DNA of 62,514 bases from assembly GCA_964393525.1 (NCBI GenBank), contig CAYMTV010000001.1, positions 82,178-144,691 on the forward strand, in the 5' to 3' direction. This DNA comes from an uncultured Gammaproteobacteria bacterium. GTDB taxonomy: Bacteria; Patescibacteriota; Microgenomatia; Daviesbacterales; UBA10151. This document shows, piece after piece, positions 1 through 9,395 of the stretch. The notes under the pieces are model-generated. The model was not told where the DNA came from and made no database searches. It was given only the letters and a program-made list of their open reading frames with translations. Within the stretch, counting starts at the first letter, position 1. Each line of letters opens with the position of its first letter. Made by a program: the position numbers and the translations under genes.

Positions 1-1
1 G

Positions 2-1783
2 TTTGTAAGCAGAAATTTAATTTCAAGCTGGCTTTTCGGGTCACTTGCAATTTACGGGATCTTTTTCTTAATCAGTACATTTACTAACTCTATAAACAGC
101 CCGTTATTGTTCCAAAAGTTAACCACAATGATATTATTAATACTTTCAATTGGCGGTTTATTTTTCTTCTTCTTGAGGAAATTATTTAGAAAAGAAAAAA
201 TATTTACTTTTCCTGCCTTCGATTTTCTAAGCATTGCGATTCTAGCATTATTTTCCTTTGTAATATTTTTTTTCATATGGAAAAAAGATAGTCCTTATCC
301 ACTTCAGTTAAACTGGGATATTTATGAACACATAACAGTCGCCAATAAAATCTCAAAAGGGTATATTAATATTTTTCCCTCCCAAATATCGGATACTTTT
401 ACCTTTAACGGATATACAACTCTTTTTCACACTATTCTTTCTATCCCAAGAATATTTTTTAATAGAAATTTAATAGGAATCTACTTTTGGCTTGACTTCT
501 GGCATTATTTATTGACTATTGTCGCCATATCTTATTTTGTATATAAATTTTTAAAGAACAAATCAATTGCTCTAGTGACTGGAATACTAAGTGGTTTGCT
601 TTTTGAATCAAGCGTTGTTTATTCAAATCTTTTTTTAATTCCTCAGACACTAGTTGGGCTTATGACCATTCTTATCCTGACTAAGATACAAGGTAAAAAT
701 TTGATAAATATATCTTTAAAAGAGCATGCACCGCTTATAATATCCCTATTCATTTTATTCCTATTTCACTTTGTTATCGGGCTATTGGCAGTGGGAACAC
801 TAGTCGTCTTCATATTTTTAGAAAGACTAAATCAAAGCGGCAAAAAAATTACCAGATATGTAACCTTCGCCTTATTGGTTTTAATTTCAGCTTTTGTCTT
901 TAACTTTTTTGGCTTATGGACAATTACCGGTAGAGAGGAGGCATCTTTTTTTAATTTACCCTTAGCTAAGAAGTTTAACCTATTTTTGGACTGGTATGGA
1001 GTAGGACTTATTGTACTTCTTATATTAGGATTTTGGTCAAGTATTAAAAGCCAAGATAACAGCCCGAAAATAGTAGCAGCACTTTCGCTGCTTACAACTT
1101 CAGCTGCTATTTTACCGATTTCTTATTCGCTCAAATTCTTTGTTATTGGAAGATATTTTATTATCTTTGTGGCATCAATGGGGCTTTTCTACCTTATTAA
1201 TTACCTAGGCAGAATTTCTAAATTTATAGTTTATTTTTGGGTAATTTTGATTTTCGGGATAGTTTTTCAGCTGAATATCTCAGTATATAAAGATTCCCAC
1301 AGAGCTGAAGAATATCAAACTCAAATATCGTTTTCCGAAATTGAAGCCGGAAACTGGCTTGCCAAAAATTATGGTAATAAAACTTTTTTGATTAGTGATC
1401 CTTCAACCCAGTATATATTGGAAGGAGTTTCCGGGATAAATACACAAGGAGGAGCTTATGTGGATTTGCAGACAAGGGAAATACTTAGCAGCGCAAATGA
1501 TTCAACTGCAGATAAAACAAAAGAAGCAATATCGGGAATAAAAGATAAACTTGAATTTGAAAATTCAAAAGACAGAAAAGTACTCTTTGTTATCGGCGGA
1601 AGATACTTTGCCTGGCAAAGACTGCCGGAGGATCAAAAGATGAGTTTTTACTATAATATTTGGAAGCCTTACAATATTTCTCCAAATTACTTTAAAGATA
1701 TAGAAAAATTGAAAATTCATCCGGATTTTAAGTTAAAATTCCAAAATAATGAGCTTATTATTTTTGAGGTAAATTCTATATGA
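2..1783 (+). CDS. 5'-truncated polytopic membrane protein, GT-C-like, with soluble C-terminal domain
   Basis: The frame is open from base 2 (FVSRNLISSWLF...), so the track start at 107 is not the true start. Many TM segments; acidic loop motif NWDIYEH; C-terminal EIEAGNWLAKNY...ISDP segment. Confidence 0.6.
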   Translation, partial: FVSRNLISSWLFGSLAIYGIFFLISTFTNSINSPLLFQKLTTMILLILSIGGLFFFFLRKLFRKEKIFTFPAFDFLSIAILALFSFVIFFFIWKKDSPYPLQLNWDIYEHITVANKISKGYINIFPSQISDTFTFNGYTTLFHTILSIPRIFFNRNLIGIYFWLDFWHYLLTIVAISYFVYKFLKNKSIALVTGILSGLLFESSVVYSNLFLIPQTLVGLMTILILTKIQGKNLINISLKEHAPLIISLFILFLFHFVIGLLAVGTLVVFIFLERLNQSGKKITRYVTFALLVLISAFVFNFFGLWTITGREEASFFNLPLAKKFNLFLDWYGVGLIVLLILGFWSSIKSQDNSPKIVAALSLLTTSAAILPISYSLKFFVIGRYFIIFVASMGLFYLINYLGRISKFIVYFWVILIFGIVFQLNISVYKDSHRAEEYQTQISFSEIEAGNWLAKNYGNKTFLISDPSTQYILEGVSGINTQGGAYVDLQTREILSSANDSTADKTKEAISGIKDKLEFENSKDRKVLFVIGGRYFAWQRLPEDQKMSFYYNIWKPYNISPNYFKDIEKLKIHPDFKLKFQNNELIIFEVNSI

Positions 1784-2895
1784 AACAAGATAAAATCAGA
1801 GTTTTGGTAATATCTCCATTTTTTTATCCTCATATTGGGGGCAGTCAACGGTATATGGAGGAAATATATTCAACTTTGGTTAAAAACTATAAAGGTATTC
1901 GAGTTGATGTCCTTTGTTACAACACTGATATAGCAAAAATAAAAGAAGAGTATAAGGATTTAAATATTTACAGGGTGCCTTGTTACAGTATTTTACCCGG
2001 CCAATTTGCACTTCCCAACCCGGTCTATTTGTTTAAATTCTTATGGAACAGAAAATATAATCTGATTCACTGTTCAACCAGGTTCTTTGACTCATCCTGG
2101 TGGACTCCGTTATATGCAAAAGTTACCGGAGCAAAAATTTTTCTTACTGACCACTGTGGGGATTACCCAAAGCATAGAAGTCTTTTAATTTCTGCAATTG
2201 CCAAGATTATTGATAAAGTTACCTCTTTAATTTTCCTTAAAATGTATGACAAAGTTTTTTCAACCAATAAACATACAGAAAATTTTCTGCAAAATGAATT
2301 TGGGATAAAATCTAAAGTCATATATGGAGGGGCAAAAATTTCCGGAAAAAACTTTAAAAAGAAAATACAGGTATTATTTGTCGGAAGAATGATCGATTCC
2401 AAAGGGCCAAAATTACTTTTCAAAATTGCAAAAAAATTTAAGAATTTAAAATTCATTTTTGTAGGTCCTGGAAATTTGGTCCGAGACTTTCAGGAGGAAG
2501 CGGGAAAATTAAAGATCAAAAATGTAAAGATTTTAGGCCCGATTTCTCATGCGGAAGTTTTAACATTGATGTCCAGATCCCTAATTCTGGTTCACCCATC
2601 TTATCACAGTGAGGGTTTTCCTAATGTCTTAACGGAGGCCGGAGCAAGAAAAATGGTAGTTATTGCAACTGATGTTGGGGGAACAAGGGAGATTATTCTC
2701 AACAATAAAACCGGCATTTTGGTAAAGCCAAAGGATGAAAAAGCTTTAGAAAATGCTTTGAAAAAGCTTATGAAGAACAGAAAACTCAGTAAGAAGTTAG
2801 CAGAAAATCTGTACAAACATGTAACAAAAAACTTCCGTTGGGAAAAGTCGGCTAGGAGGCTTTATCAAGAATTAATTAACTTAAAAAGCGCCTGA
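1780..2895 (+). CDS. GT4 (group 1) glycosyltransferase
   Basis: PHIGGSQRY N-terminus, LFVGRMIDSKG, and the EGFPNVLTEA (EX7E) motif. Confidence 0.9.
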   Translation: MKQDKIRVLVISPFFYPHIGGSQRYMEEIYSTLVKNYKGIRVDVLCYNTDIAKIKEEYKDLNIYRVPCYSILPGQFALPNPVYLFKFLWNRKYNLIHCSTRFFDSSWWTPLYAKVTGAKIFLTDHCGDYPKHRSLLISAIAKIIDKVTSLIFLKMYDKVFSTNKHTENFLQNEFGIKSKVIYGGAKISGKNFKKKIQVLFVGRMIDSKGPKLLFKIAKKFKNLKFIFVGPGNLVRDFQEEAGKLKIKNVKILGPISHAEVLTLMSRSLILVHPSYHSEGFPNVLTEAGARKMVVIATDVGGTREIILNNKTGILVKPKDEKALENALKKLMKNRKLSKKLAENLYKHVTKNFRWEKSARRLYQELINLKSA

Positions 2896-3529
2896 CATTT
2901 AGCACTGGTAAATCTCCTCTGTCTTCCGGATGTTGCGGCCCGACTCTAAAGCGGTGATCCCTCTGGTGTATTGGTCTGTCAAACTCAAGTCTTAGACCAA
3001 AGCTAGCACGGAATCTGGGTAATATTACTCCAGAGTTGCCCTTGTCTTCAGCCATAATCTCCACCATTTCGCCATCTCTAAAAATGTGATTACCATCTGA
3101 ATCAAGCAGTTGGATTCGGGTATTAGGCATACTTCTGATCCAAAGTCCTGGTCTGTTTTCGTCTCCCTGTTGGATATCATCAACAAATTCTGGGTTGGTT
3201 CTCATAAAAAACCTAAAGCTATTTATATCATCTTCAGTTTGGGCGAACATTTCACCAACGTTACCCGCATCCCAATAGTGTAAACTTTGTTTTCTAACTA
3301 ATTTCCATTCCAAGTATCTTGTCCAAGGTTCACCTTTGTAAGTTTTAGCCAAAAACCAAATGTTTGGGTGATCAAAGTAGGCCTCTTGAAAATGGAGAGT
3401 CGGTATACTAGCGGCATCGACAGTTCTAGGTACAGTTGCATCAGCAAGGCCTAGTCCTGCTCCTACCAACCCCTTTAAAAAGGTTCTTCTGTCGAGTCCG
3501 CGTTCTGAGAGTGGTACTGGTGCCAACAT
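2876..3529 (-). CDS. Hypothetical exported protein with twin-arginine-like signal
   Basis: 217-aa ORF; DRRTFLKGLVGAGLGLA...VDA|AS signal; TAGAAT box 7 nt upstream of the ATG. Confidence 0.65.
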   Translation of the reverse strand: MLAPVPLSERGLDRRTFLKGLVGAGLGLADATVPRTVDAASIPTLHFQEAYFDHPNIWFLAKTYKGEPWTRYLEWKLVRKQSLHYWDAGNVGEMFAQTEDDINSFRFFMRTNPEFVDDIQQGDENRPGLWIRSMPNTRIQLLDSDGNHIFRDGEMVEIMAEDKGNSGVILPRFRASFGLRLEFDRPIHQRDHRFRVGPQHPEDRGDLPVLNVRRFLS

Positions 3530-3706
3530 CTTTACAATTCTACTCCAAAATATGTAGGAAAGAAACTTATTTTATGTAAGAAAATCAGGAGCATTTAATG
3601 TGGTTGATTTTCCACTGCTCTCTGGTCCTAAGTTTAACTACTTGGGCAGTAATTTTTTTAAATCATGCGCTGGGAGTTTCACCCAGCGCACAAACTTAAG
3701 AAAATT

Positions 3707-4702
3707 TTATCTTGCATCAAGGATATTTCTATCTCTCATATCATCTGCAGGGCCTTTCCAGAAAAGAACTTCTCTGGTTCCTCCAACTCTTGTTGGGTCA
3801 TCTAATCTAGCTCTTAAAATACGTCGGCCTACTTCCGGGAGTAAAATCATCAGATCTCCCTTAGGGCTTCCGCCTCTTGAGCCGAACGATCTACCCGTAT
3901 CTGCATCCAAAACTTCAAAACTTTCACCAGGGGCAACATCCTTAATATTGACTGCATTTGGCCACTCGGGATTTTGTCCTTTGTTGCCAATTTTGTTGTC
4001 TAAGCCTACGTTAATTCTTCCTTTAACAGGGTCAGTATAAAAGTCCAGTGTACCAACTCCGACACAAACATCGGCTTGATGGACTCCTTCTTCAAACTGA
4101 ACAACAACCTGTCCAAAGTTTCCGTGGCTTTCTAAGAATGCTCCTGTTGAACAATCTGCCCAATAAGTTCCATAGCTATCAACACCACTTCTAGTTTTTA
4201 GATGGAACCAGGCATTTTTAGGAGCTCTTTCTCTATCAAGCTGAATATTTTTAACAGGTCCTTTTGCAGGGTCAAATTCAGTTGGGACAGGCAGAGTTGA
4301 TATCCCGCCTGGTTGGGCGGGTTTAGCCTCTGCGGGTTTAGCTGCTGGTGCTGCTGGAGCCTCAGTTGGTTTAGCTGCTACAGGGGCTGCTGTTGGTCTA
4401 GGAGCCTCTGTTGGTTTGGAAGCAGCAGGTGCCCCTGCAGTTGGTTGTGCTTTTGCTACCGCCGTTCCAACTACACCTTGAAGATCCGGTGTTGAAGTTG
4501 GAAGTGCTTGTGCAGTCGCCATTGCATCTTCTCTTGTTCTAGGTCCGGTTGGTGCGCCAATTCCGCCAATTCCACAAGCTGCTAGCAAAGGCGTCAAAGC
4601 TAAACTACTGCTTAAACGCAGGAAAGTTCTCCTGGACATTTGGTTTCCAGCCATAGAACGATCTCTTTCACTCATAGGTGGCCTATTTGCTCTTCTATCC
4701 AT
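3707..4702 (-). CDS. Hypothetical Tat-type lipoprotein with Pro/Ala/Thr-rich linker
   Basis: SRRTFLRL...LLAA|CG lipobox; repeated KPTEAP/PTAAP linker. An SD-like GAGGGGGTGA lies 10 nt before the ATG at 4702 (the track start 4726 is TTG). Confidence 0.7.
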   Translation of the reverse strand: MDRRANRPPMSERDRSMAGNQMSRRTFLRLSSSLALTPLLAACGIGGIGAPTGPRTREDAMATAQALPTSTPDLQGVVGTAVAKAQPTAGAPAASKPTEAPRPTAAPVAAKPTEAPAAPAAKPAEAKPAQPGGISTLPVPTEFDPAKGPVKNIQLDRERAPKNAWFHLKTRSGVDSYGTYWADCSTGAFLESHGNFGQVVVQFEEGVHQADVCVGVGTLDFYTDPVKGRINVGLDNKIGNKGQNPEWPNAVNIKDVAPGESFEVLDADTGRSFGSRGGSPKGDLMILLPEVGRRILRARLDDPTRVGGTREVLFWKGPADDMRDRNILDAR

Positions 4703-4734
4703 ATGATAAATTTCACCCCCTCTCAATTGTGGGA

Positions 4735-5361
4735 TTAAATTTTAGCTTTTCTTAAAAGGTATAAAGAAGTCAAAAACATCAGGGTTGATCCCGATAAGGT
4801 TAGAGTTACCAGATCAACTCCGGTTACTGGAAGCTGAGTTACAGCTCCCAAGACTTTCTTCTGGATACAGATAACTGCTGTATCTTGGGAGACCAGGCTA
4901 TCTTTTCTGGCTTCAGCAAAATTTGTGACACAAACCCCTGCTTCGGCCCCTCCTGAAACTTTTGCTTTAATATCAAAAGATTTTGTCTCTCCCACCTTAA
5001 GAGAGTCAATTGTAAAGCTTATGGTGCGGGTCCCTTTATCAAAGCTGCCCGGTCCGGAGACAAATTCCAATTGTCCGGGCAGTACATCTTTGACTTGAAT
5101 ATTATTTAAATCTTGCTGACCATTGTTTTTGACCTCTAACCTAAACAAGATTGTGTGTCCTGGAAGGAAGGCAAAATTACTGGAGCTTAAACCGTCAACA
5201 AACTGACCATTTCTTGGGTCTTGCACCAGTTTATTTATGGCAAGCTGTAAATTTGGGCCTGGGACTGTAACAATATAATCTGCAAACGCTAAAGAGGGGT
5301 TTAAAAAGGCCAAGAGGAGTAAAGATAGAATACTAAATACTTTTTTTAAAAAGTTGCTCAT
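4735..5361 (-). CDS. DUF11-like (conserved-repeat Ig-like) surface protein with LPxTG sorting signal
   Basis: Signal peptide; PGHTILFRLEVKNNG...VKDVLPGQLEFVSG (DUF11 pattern); C-terminal LPVTG + hydrophobic segment + RKAK. Confidence 0.8.
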   Translation of the reverse strand: MSNFLKKVFSILSLLLLAFLNPSLAFADYIVTVPGPNLQLAINKLVQDPRNGQFVDGLSSSNFAFLPGHTILFRLEVKNNGQQDLNNIQVKDVLPGQLEFVSGPGSFDKGTRTISFTIDSLKVGETKSFDIKAKVSGGAEAGVCVTNFAEARKDSLVSQDTAVICIQKKVLGAVTQLPVTGVDLVTLTLSGSTLMFLTSLYLLRKAKI

Positions 5362-5539
5362 TTTTATTAAGAATTTTTATTGAGCAGTAAGGCAGATCTA
5401 GAGGTCCTATAAAATAATATATTATTAAAACTATGAAGATTAACCCAACCTATTCTAGATTTAAGATAAATTACTATAACACCTATTAATTGTCAATATA
5501 GTAATATCTTCTATTACAAATCTCTTACAAGGCGAGCTT

Positions 5540-8500
5540 TCAATTTGCAGGCGATGGAGTTGAGGAAGGTGTCTGGGAAGTGGGTAGAGAGGAGGGAATT
5601 GGGTTAATTGAGGATATAGGACTTGGGCTAGAAGGTTGGGGTGTGGGGGATGCGCTTTGAGATGGTGATGGAGTTTGAGAAGGGGTTGGCGAAGGAGATA
5701 TTTGCGGGAGTAGGGCTGGAGTGATTGACGGGAAGGGTGAGGGTGAAGACAACTCAATAATAGGCTTTAAGCTTGGGCTTGGCATTAAAGTTGCTGATGG
5801 GGAAGCTAACTCGGTTGAATCTAAGTTATCAAAATTTAAGGGTTGGCTTTGTAGGGAGGGAATTGATTTGACAATTAAACCTAGGTCATTGCACCAAGTT
5901 ATTTGTCCACCTATTACTTTAGCGTTATTATTCCAGGCAGCTTTAAACACTTCTGTATTAGAATTTTGAATGGTTGCATCTTCAAATGACCCTTGGGGAT
6001 CCTGGCAATTCAACTTTTTCCAAAAACCTTCATATCCCGACTTATAAGCCATAACTCCATAAGTCCCTTGATCAATATTATCAAACAAAACCCATCCCTC
6101 TTCTGCACCAAAAGCATTAGCAGAAGTCAAAGTCTGAATTACTGTGTTTCCTGCGGTATCGGTTAACTTTAAGGTGGCGCCGTTTATATAAGTTCCCTTC
6201 CAGGATTTGTTGCTATTAAACTCGGTGATGCGTACTCTTAAACTACCTTTGGTGTTAGATTTTAAGCCTAAATCAGTACACCAGGTTGTCTGGTCGGAAA
6301 CAATAGCAACATTTTCATTCCAAGATGCGGTTAATCCTTCGGTGTTTTGATTGTTTATTGTTGCATTATCAAATGACCCTTGAGGATTTTGGCAATTGAG
6401 CTTCTTCCAGACTCCAACGTATCCACTTTTGTATGCCATAATTCCATATGTCCCGGCGGGAACATCATCAAATTGCGCCCACCCCTCCTCACTACCAAAA
6501 GCATTTGTGCTTGTCAGTGTTTTAATAACTGTACTTCCGGATGCATCGGTTAACTTAACTTTGACATCATTAATATATTTATTGATCCAGCTCCGGTCAA
6601 CCCCAAATTCGGCGACTCTTACTTTCAGGTTTCCGGTCTGTGGAGCATCGGGAGCAAGCCCCAAATCAAAGCAGTAGGTAGTTTTTCCTCCTTGTACGGC
6701 AACATTATTATTCCAGGCTGCAGTTAGCTCATCGGTGTTTTGGTTTTTAATAGTTGCATTAGTAGTATCTTCTATACTGCATGAAGTTTTTTTCAAAAAT
6801 CCTTTAAAACCTGCTTTATGTGCTATCAACCCAAACGTGCCTTCCGGCGTATTTTCAAAAAGCGCCCAGCCGTCTTCGTTCCCAAAAGCTTTGCCTGAGG
6901 TTAATGTTTTTGAAACAGTATTACCGGTGATATCTGTAAGTTTAACTGTAGCTCCGTTTATGAATCCATTTACGGTATATGATGATCCGTTTGTTGTAAC
7001 ATTTAATATTCTGACTCTTAAATTTCCGGTGGTTTTTGAGGCAAGTCCCAAATCCGTGCACCAGGTGGTCTGATTGGAAACCACTGTTATATTATTATTC
7101 CAAGCCGCTTTGAAGCCTTCTGTATTGGAGTTTTGAATGGTTGCATTATCAAATGACCCTTGAGGATTTTGGCAATTGAGCTTCTTCCAGACTCCAACAG
7201 AGCCTGATTTATAAGCCAGAACTCCATAAGTTCCGGGACTTAAGCCGTTAAACTCCACCCAGCCATCTTCACCATCGGATCTTTTGGTAGTTGATTTACT
7301 GACAAAAACAGTATTTCCCGAGGTATCGGTTAGTTTAACTATGACATCATTAATATATTTATTGAGCCAATTCTGGTTGCTGCCAAATTCAGCTACCCGA
7401 AATCTTAAATTTCCGGTACCCAGCCCGGTAGATTTAAATTTAGCTGTGTAGGTTGTTGTAGCTTGGGGAGTAGTGATCTGGTGAGTTTTGGTTCTATCAT
7501 CAGACCAGGAATCAAACTCAAAGTTTTCGTCAGCTTTAGTTTGTGATGGAGCATCAAGAGTAAACTTAAAACCAACCACTGCCTCCTGGGAGTGCGGTGC
7601 AGTAACTGGCAGTCCATCGATGGTTAACCCTAGGCCTTGGGGATCGGTGTTAAAAGTCAGGGTAACCTTGTTTGGAAAAATCTCTCTACTGTCTACGGTT
7701 TTTAATCCCTGTGAATCGGTAACTGTCAATTCTATTTCATACCAGGTATCGGCAGATTCCTCACCGGTATCCGGTATCTTAAAAGATCCGGATTTAACAT
7801 TATCTATTGGTCCTAAAAAAGGATGGATGTGAGTACCATGATGAAAAAATATTTTCCAGGAGAATGCACTGGTGGGTAGGGTGCCATCCTCCGGGTCAGT
7901 GGCGTTAGCGCTGTAGTTTATGGTTTGTCCGGCGTTATACTTTGCCTGATTTTGCGGCTCAAAAAAATTAATTTGCGGGGCATTATTCCCGGCAAAAATT
8001 TCTAATGAAACGGTTTCACTATTTAGATGTCCATCTGAAACGGTTAACTTAGCTGTAAACTTGCCCTTGGAAGTATATTTATGTGAGGGGTTAGCCTCCT
8101 TTGATGTTGAGCCATCCCCAAAGTCCCAGGAGTAGGAAAGCTGCGAGTTTTCCGGGTCGTTCGAGCCTTCGGATGAAAACTGAACGCTTAAGGGTATATT
8201 GCCCGAGGTTGGATTGGCAGAGATTTTGGCAACCGGCGGCAAATTGCCGGAGGCAAAATTTATTTTTAAAAGGGCTCCGGGGTAAATAGTTAAAAAGTAA
8301 AGGCTGCCGTCTGTCCCTTGGGCCATTTGGACTACAGTTCCGGCTGCCTCATCAAACATCTCTTCATGATCTAAGACCCCATCCTCATGGATTTCCATGC
8401 TTTTAATAAACCCCATCGCAAAATCCCCAAAAAAGTAACTTCCCGGAAGGTCTGGTGGGAACTTGTCGCCACTGTATTGAAACCCTGAAACTACCGCTGC

Positions 8501-9349
8501 TGATTGTCCGTTATGAGGGTAAGCATGGACCGGATTAATATACTGGCAGCTGCCGCATGATCCTTCAAAAAAGGGATAGCCGTAATTTCCGCCTTTGATA
8601 ATAATATTTAATTCCTCCCAGGAAAAATCCCCGACATCCCCTAAAATAATTTGCCCATCTAATAAAAAATTAAACCTGAAAGGGTTTCTTAGGCCATATG
8701 CCCAAATAGCGCCTTCTTTGCCGGATTGCCCGGCAAAAGGATTATCTTGCGGGATTGTGCCATCTTTGTTGATTCTTAAAAGCTTTCCGTGAATGTTTGA
8801 TAAATCCTGCGAGTTGGCTCTTGTGTCATTATTGCCAATTGAAATCCAAAGCTTTCCATCCGGTCCGAAACGTAAACCTCCTGACTGGTGGATTAGATTT
8901 AGGGGTTTGGTAGACTTAAGAAGTATTTTTTCACTTGAGGGATCTGCTGTGTCGCCATTTGTCGTAAACCTGGAAACTCTAAGTTCAAGCGGGTTTTTGT
9001 TAACATAAGAGATATAAACAAACTTGTTGCTGGAAAACTGCGGATCGACAACAACACCCAATAAACCCCGCTCTCCCTCGCCATCAACCGATAAACTCAA
9101 GAAGGCATTAGGCAGTATCGAACCATTTTTGATAACTTTTACATTACCAAACTGTTCCGTGACAAGGATTCTTCCATCAGGGATAAATGCAAAATCGGTT
9201 GGATTATTAAATCCCCCGGCAACGGTTGTTTTAGTAAAGTTGGGTGGCAGAGCAAATACTGGAGAATTATTTGGAAGAAAAGTTGAAAAAAGTAACACCA
9301 AAAGTGCAGCAGGCAATAGTTTTATCAGCGATTCCAAAATTTTTTTCAT
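5540..9349 (-). CDS. Secreted PQQ-dependent glucose/sorbosone dehydrogenase-family protein with PKD domain, four ~130-aa repeats and a Pro/Ser/Thr tail
   Basis: HQSGGLRFGPDGKL, GKLLRIN.DG, IWAYGLRNPFR and EELN...GGNYGYP motifs; PKD motif YSWDFGDGS; internal repeats. Confidence 0.85.
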   Translation of the reverse strand: MKKILESLIKLLPAALLVLLFSTFLPNNSPVFALPPNFTKTTVAGGFNNPTDFAFIPDGRILVTEQFGNVKVIKNGSILPNAFLSLSVDGEGERGLLGVVVDPQFSSNKFVYISYVNKNPLELRVSRFTTNGDTADPSSEKILLKSTKPLNLIHQSGGLRFGPDGKLWISIGNNDTRANSQDLSNIHGKLLRINKDGTIPQDNPFAGQSGKEGAIWAYGLRNPFRFNFLLDGQIILGDVGDFSWEELNIIIKGGNYGYPFFEGSCGSCQYINPVHAYPHNGQSAAVVSGFQYSGDKFPPDLPGSYFFGDFAMGFIKSMEIHEDGVLDHEEMFDEAAGTVVQMAQGTDGSLYFLTIYPGALLKINFASGNLPPVAKISANPTSGNIPLSVQFSSEGSNDPENSQLSYSWDFGDGSTSKEANPSHKYTSKGKFTAKLTVSDGHLNSETVSLEIFAGNNAPQINFFEPQNQAKYNAGQTINYSANATDPEDGTLPTSAFSWKIFFHHGTHIHPFLGPIDNVKSGSFKIPDTGEESADTWYEIELTVTDSQGLKTVDSREIFPNKVTLTFNTDPQGLGLTIDGLPVTAPHSQEAVVGFKFTLDAPSQTKADENFEFDSWSDDRTKTHQITTPQATTTYTAKFKSTGLGTGNLRFRVAEFGSNQNWLNKYINDVIVKLTDTSGNTVFVSKSTTKRSDGEDGWVEFNGLSPGTYGVLAYKSGSVGVWKKLNCQNPQGSFDNATIQNSNTEGFKAAWNNNITVVSNQTTWCTDLGLASKTTGNLRVRILNVTTNGSSYTVNGFINGATVKLTDITGNTVSKTLTSGKAFGNEDGWALFENTPEGTFGLIAHKAGFKGFLKKTSCSIEDTTNATIKNQNTDELTAAWNNNVAVQGGKTTYCFDLGLAPDAPQTGNLKVRVAEFGVDRSWINKYINDVKVKLTDASGSTVIKTLTSTNAFGSEEGWAQFDDVPAGTYGIMAYKSGYVGVWKKLNCQNPQGSFDNATINNQNTEGLTASWNENVAIVSDQTTWCTDLGLKSNTKGSLRVRITEFNSNKSWKGTYINGATLKLTDTAGNTVIQTLTSANAFGAEEGWVLFDNIDQGTYGVMAYKSGYEGFWKKLNCQDPQGSFEDATIQNSNTEVFKAAWNNNAKVIGGQITWCNDLGLIVKSIPSLQSQPLNFDNLDSTELASPSATLMPSPSLKPIIELSSPSPFPSITPALLPQISPSPTPSQTPSPSQSASPTPQPSSPSPISSINPIPSSLPTSQTPSSTPSPAN
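5876..7417 (-). repeat. Four tandem intragenic protein repeats (units start at 7417, 7030, 6637, 6250)
   Basis: Each unit reads (T/K)G(N/S)L(R/K).R...KLTD.(S/T)G...GW..F....GT(Y/F)G..A.K.G...C...N.NT....AAWN.N......(W/Y)C.DLGL; spacings 387/393/387 nt. Confidence 0.9.
6360..7198. repeat. 59-bp identical direct repeat (6360-6418 and 7140-7198)
   Basis: GTTGCATTATCAAATGACCCTTGAGGATTTTGGCAATTGAGCTTCTTCCAGACTCCAAC occurs twice, 780 nt apart (repeat units 1 and 3). Confidence 0.9.
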
Positions 9350-9395
9350 CGAATTTCATAGGCAGAGGAAGGTGGTGCTCAAAAGCAGCCGTATT

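Noticed and set aside
5413-5428. Perfect 16-bp palindrome AATAATATATATTATT
   Set aside because: A/T-only low-complexity sequence in an AT-rich spacer; chance cannot be excluded.
6360-7198. 59-bp repeat pair as a DGR template/variable repeat or CRISPR
   Set aside because: The copies are identical (no A-specific mismatches), in frame within protein repeats, and no reverse transcriptase or cas gene is in the window.
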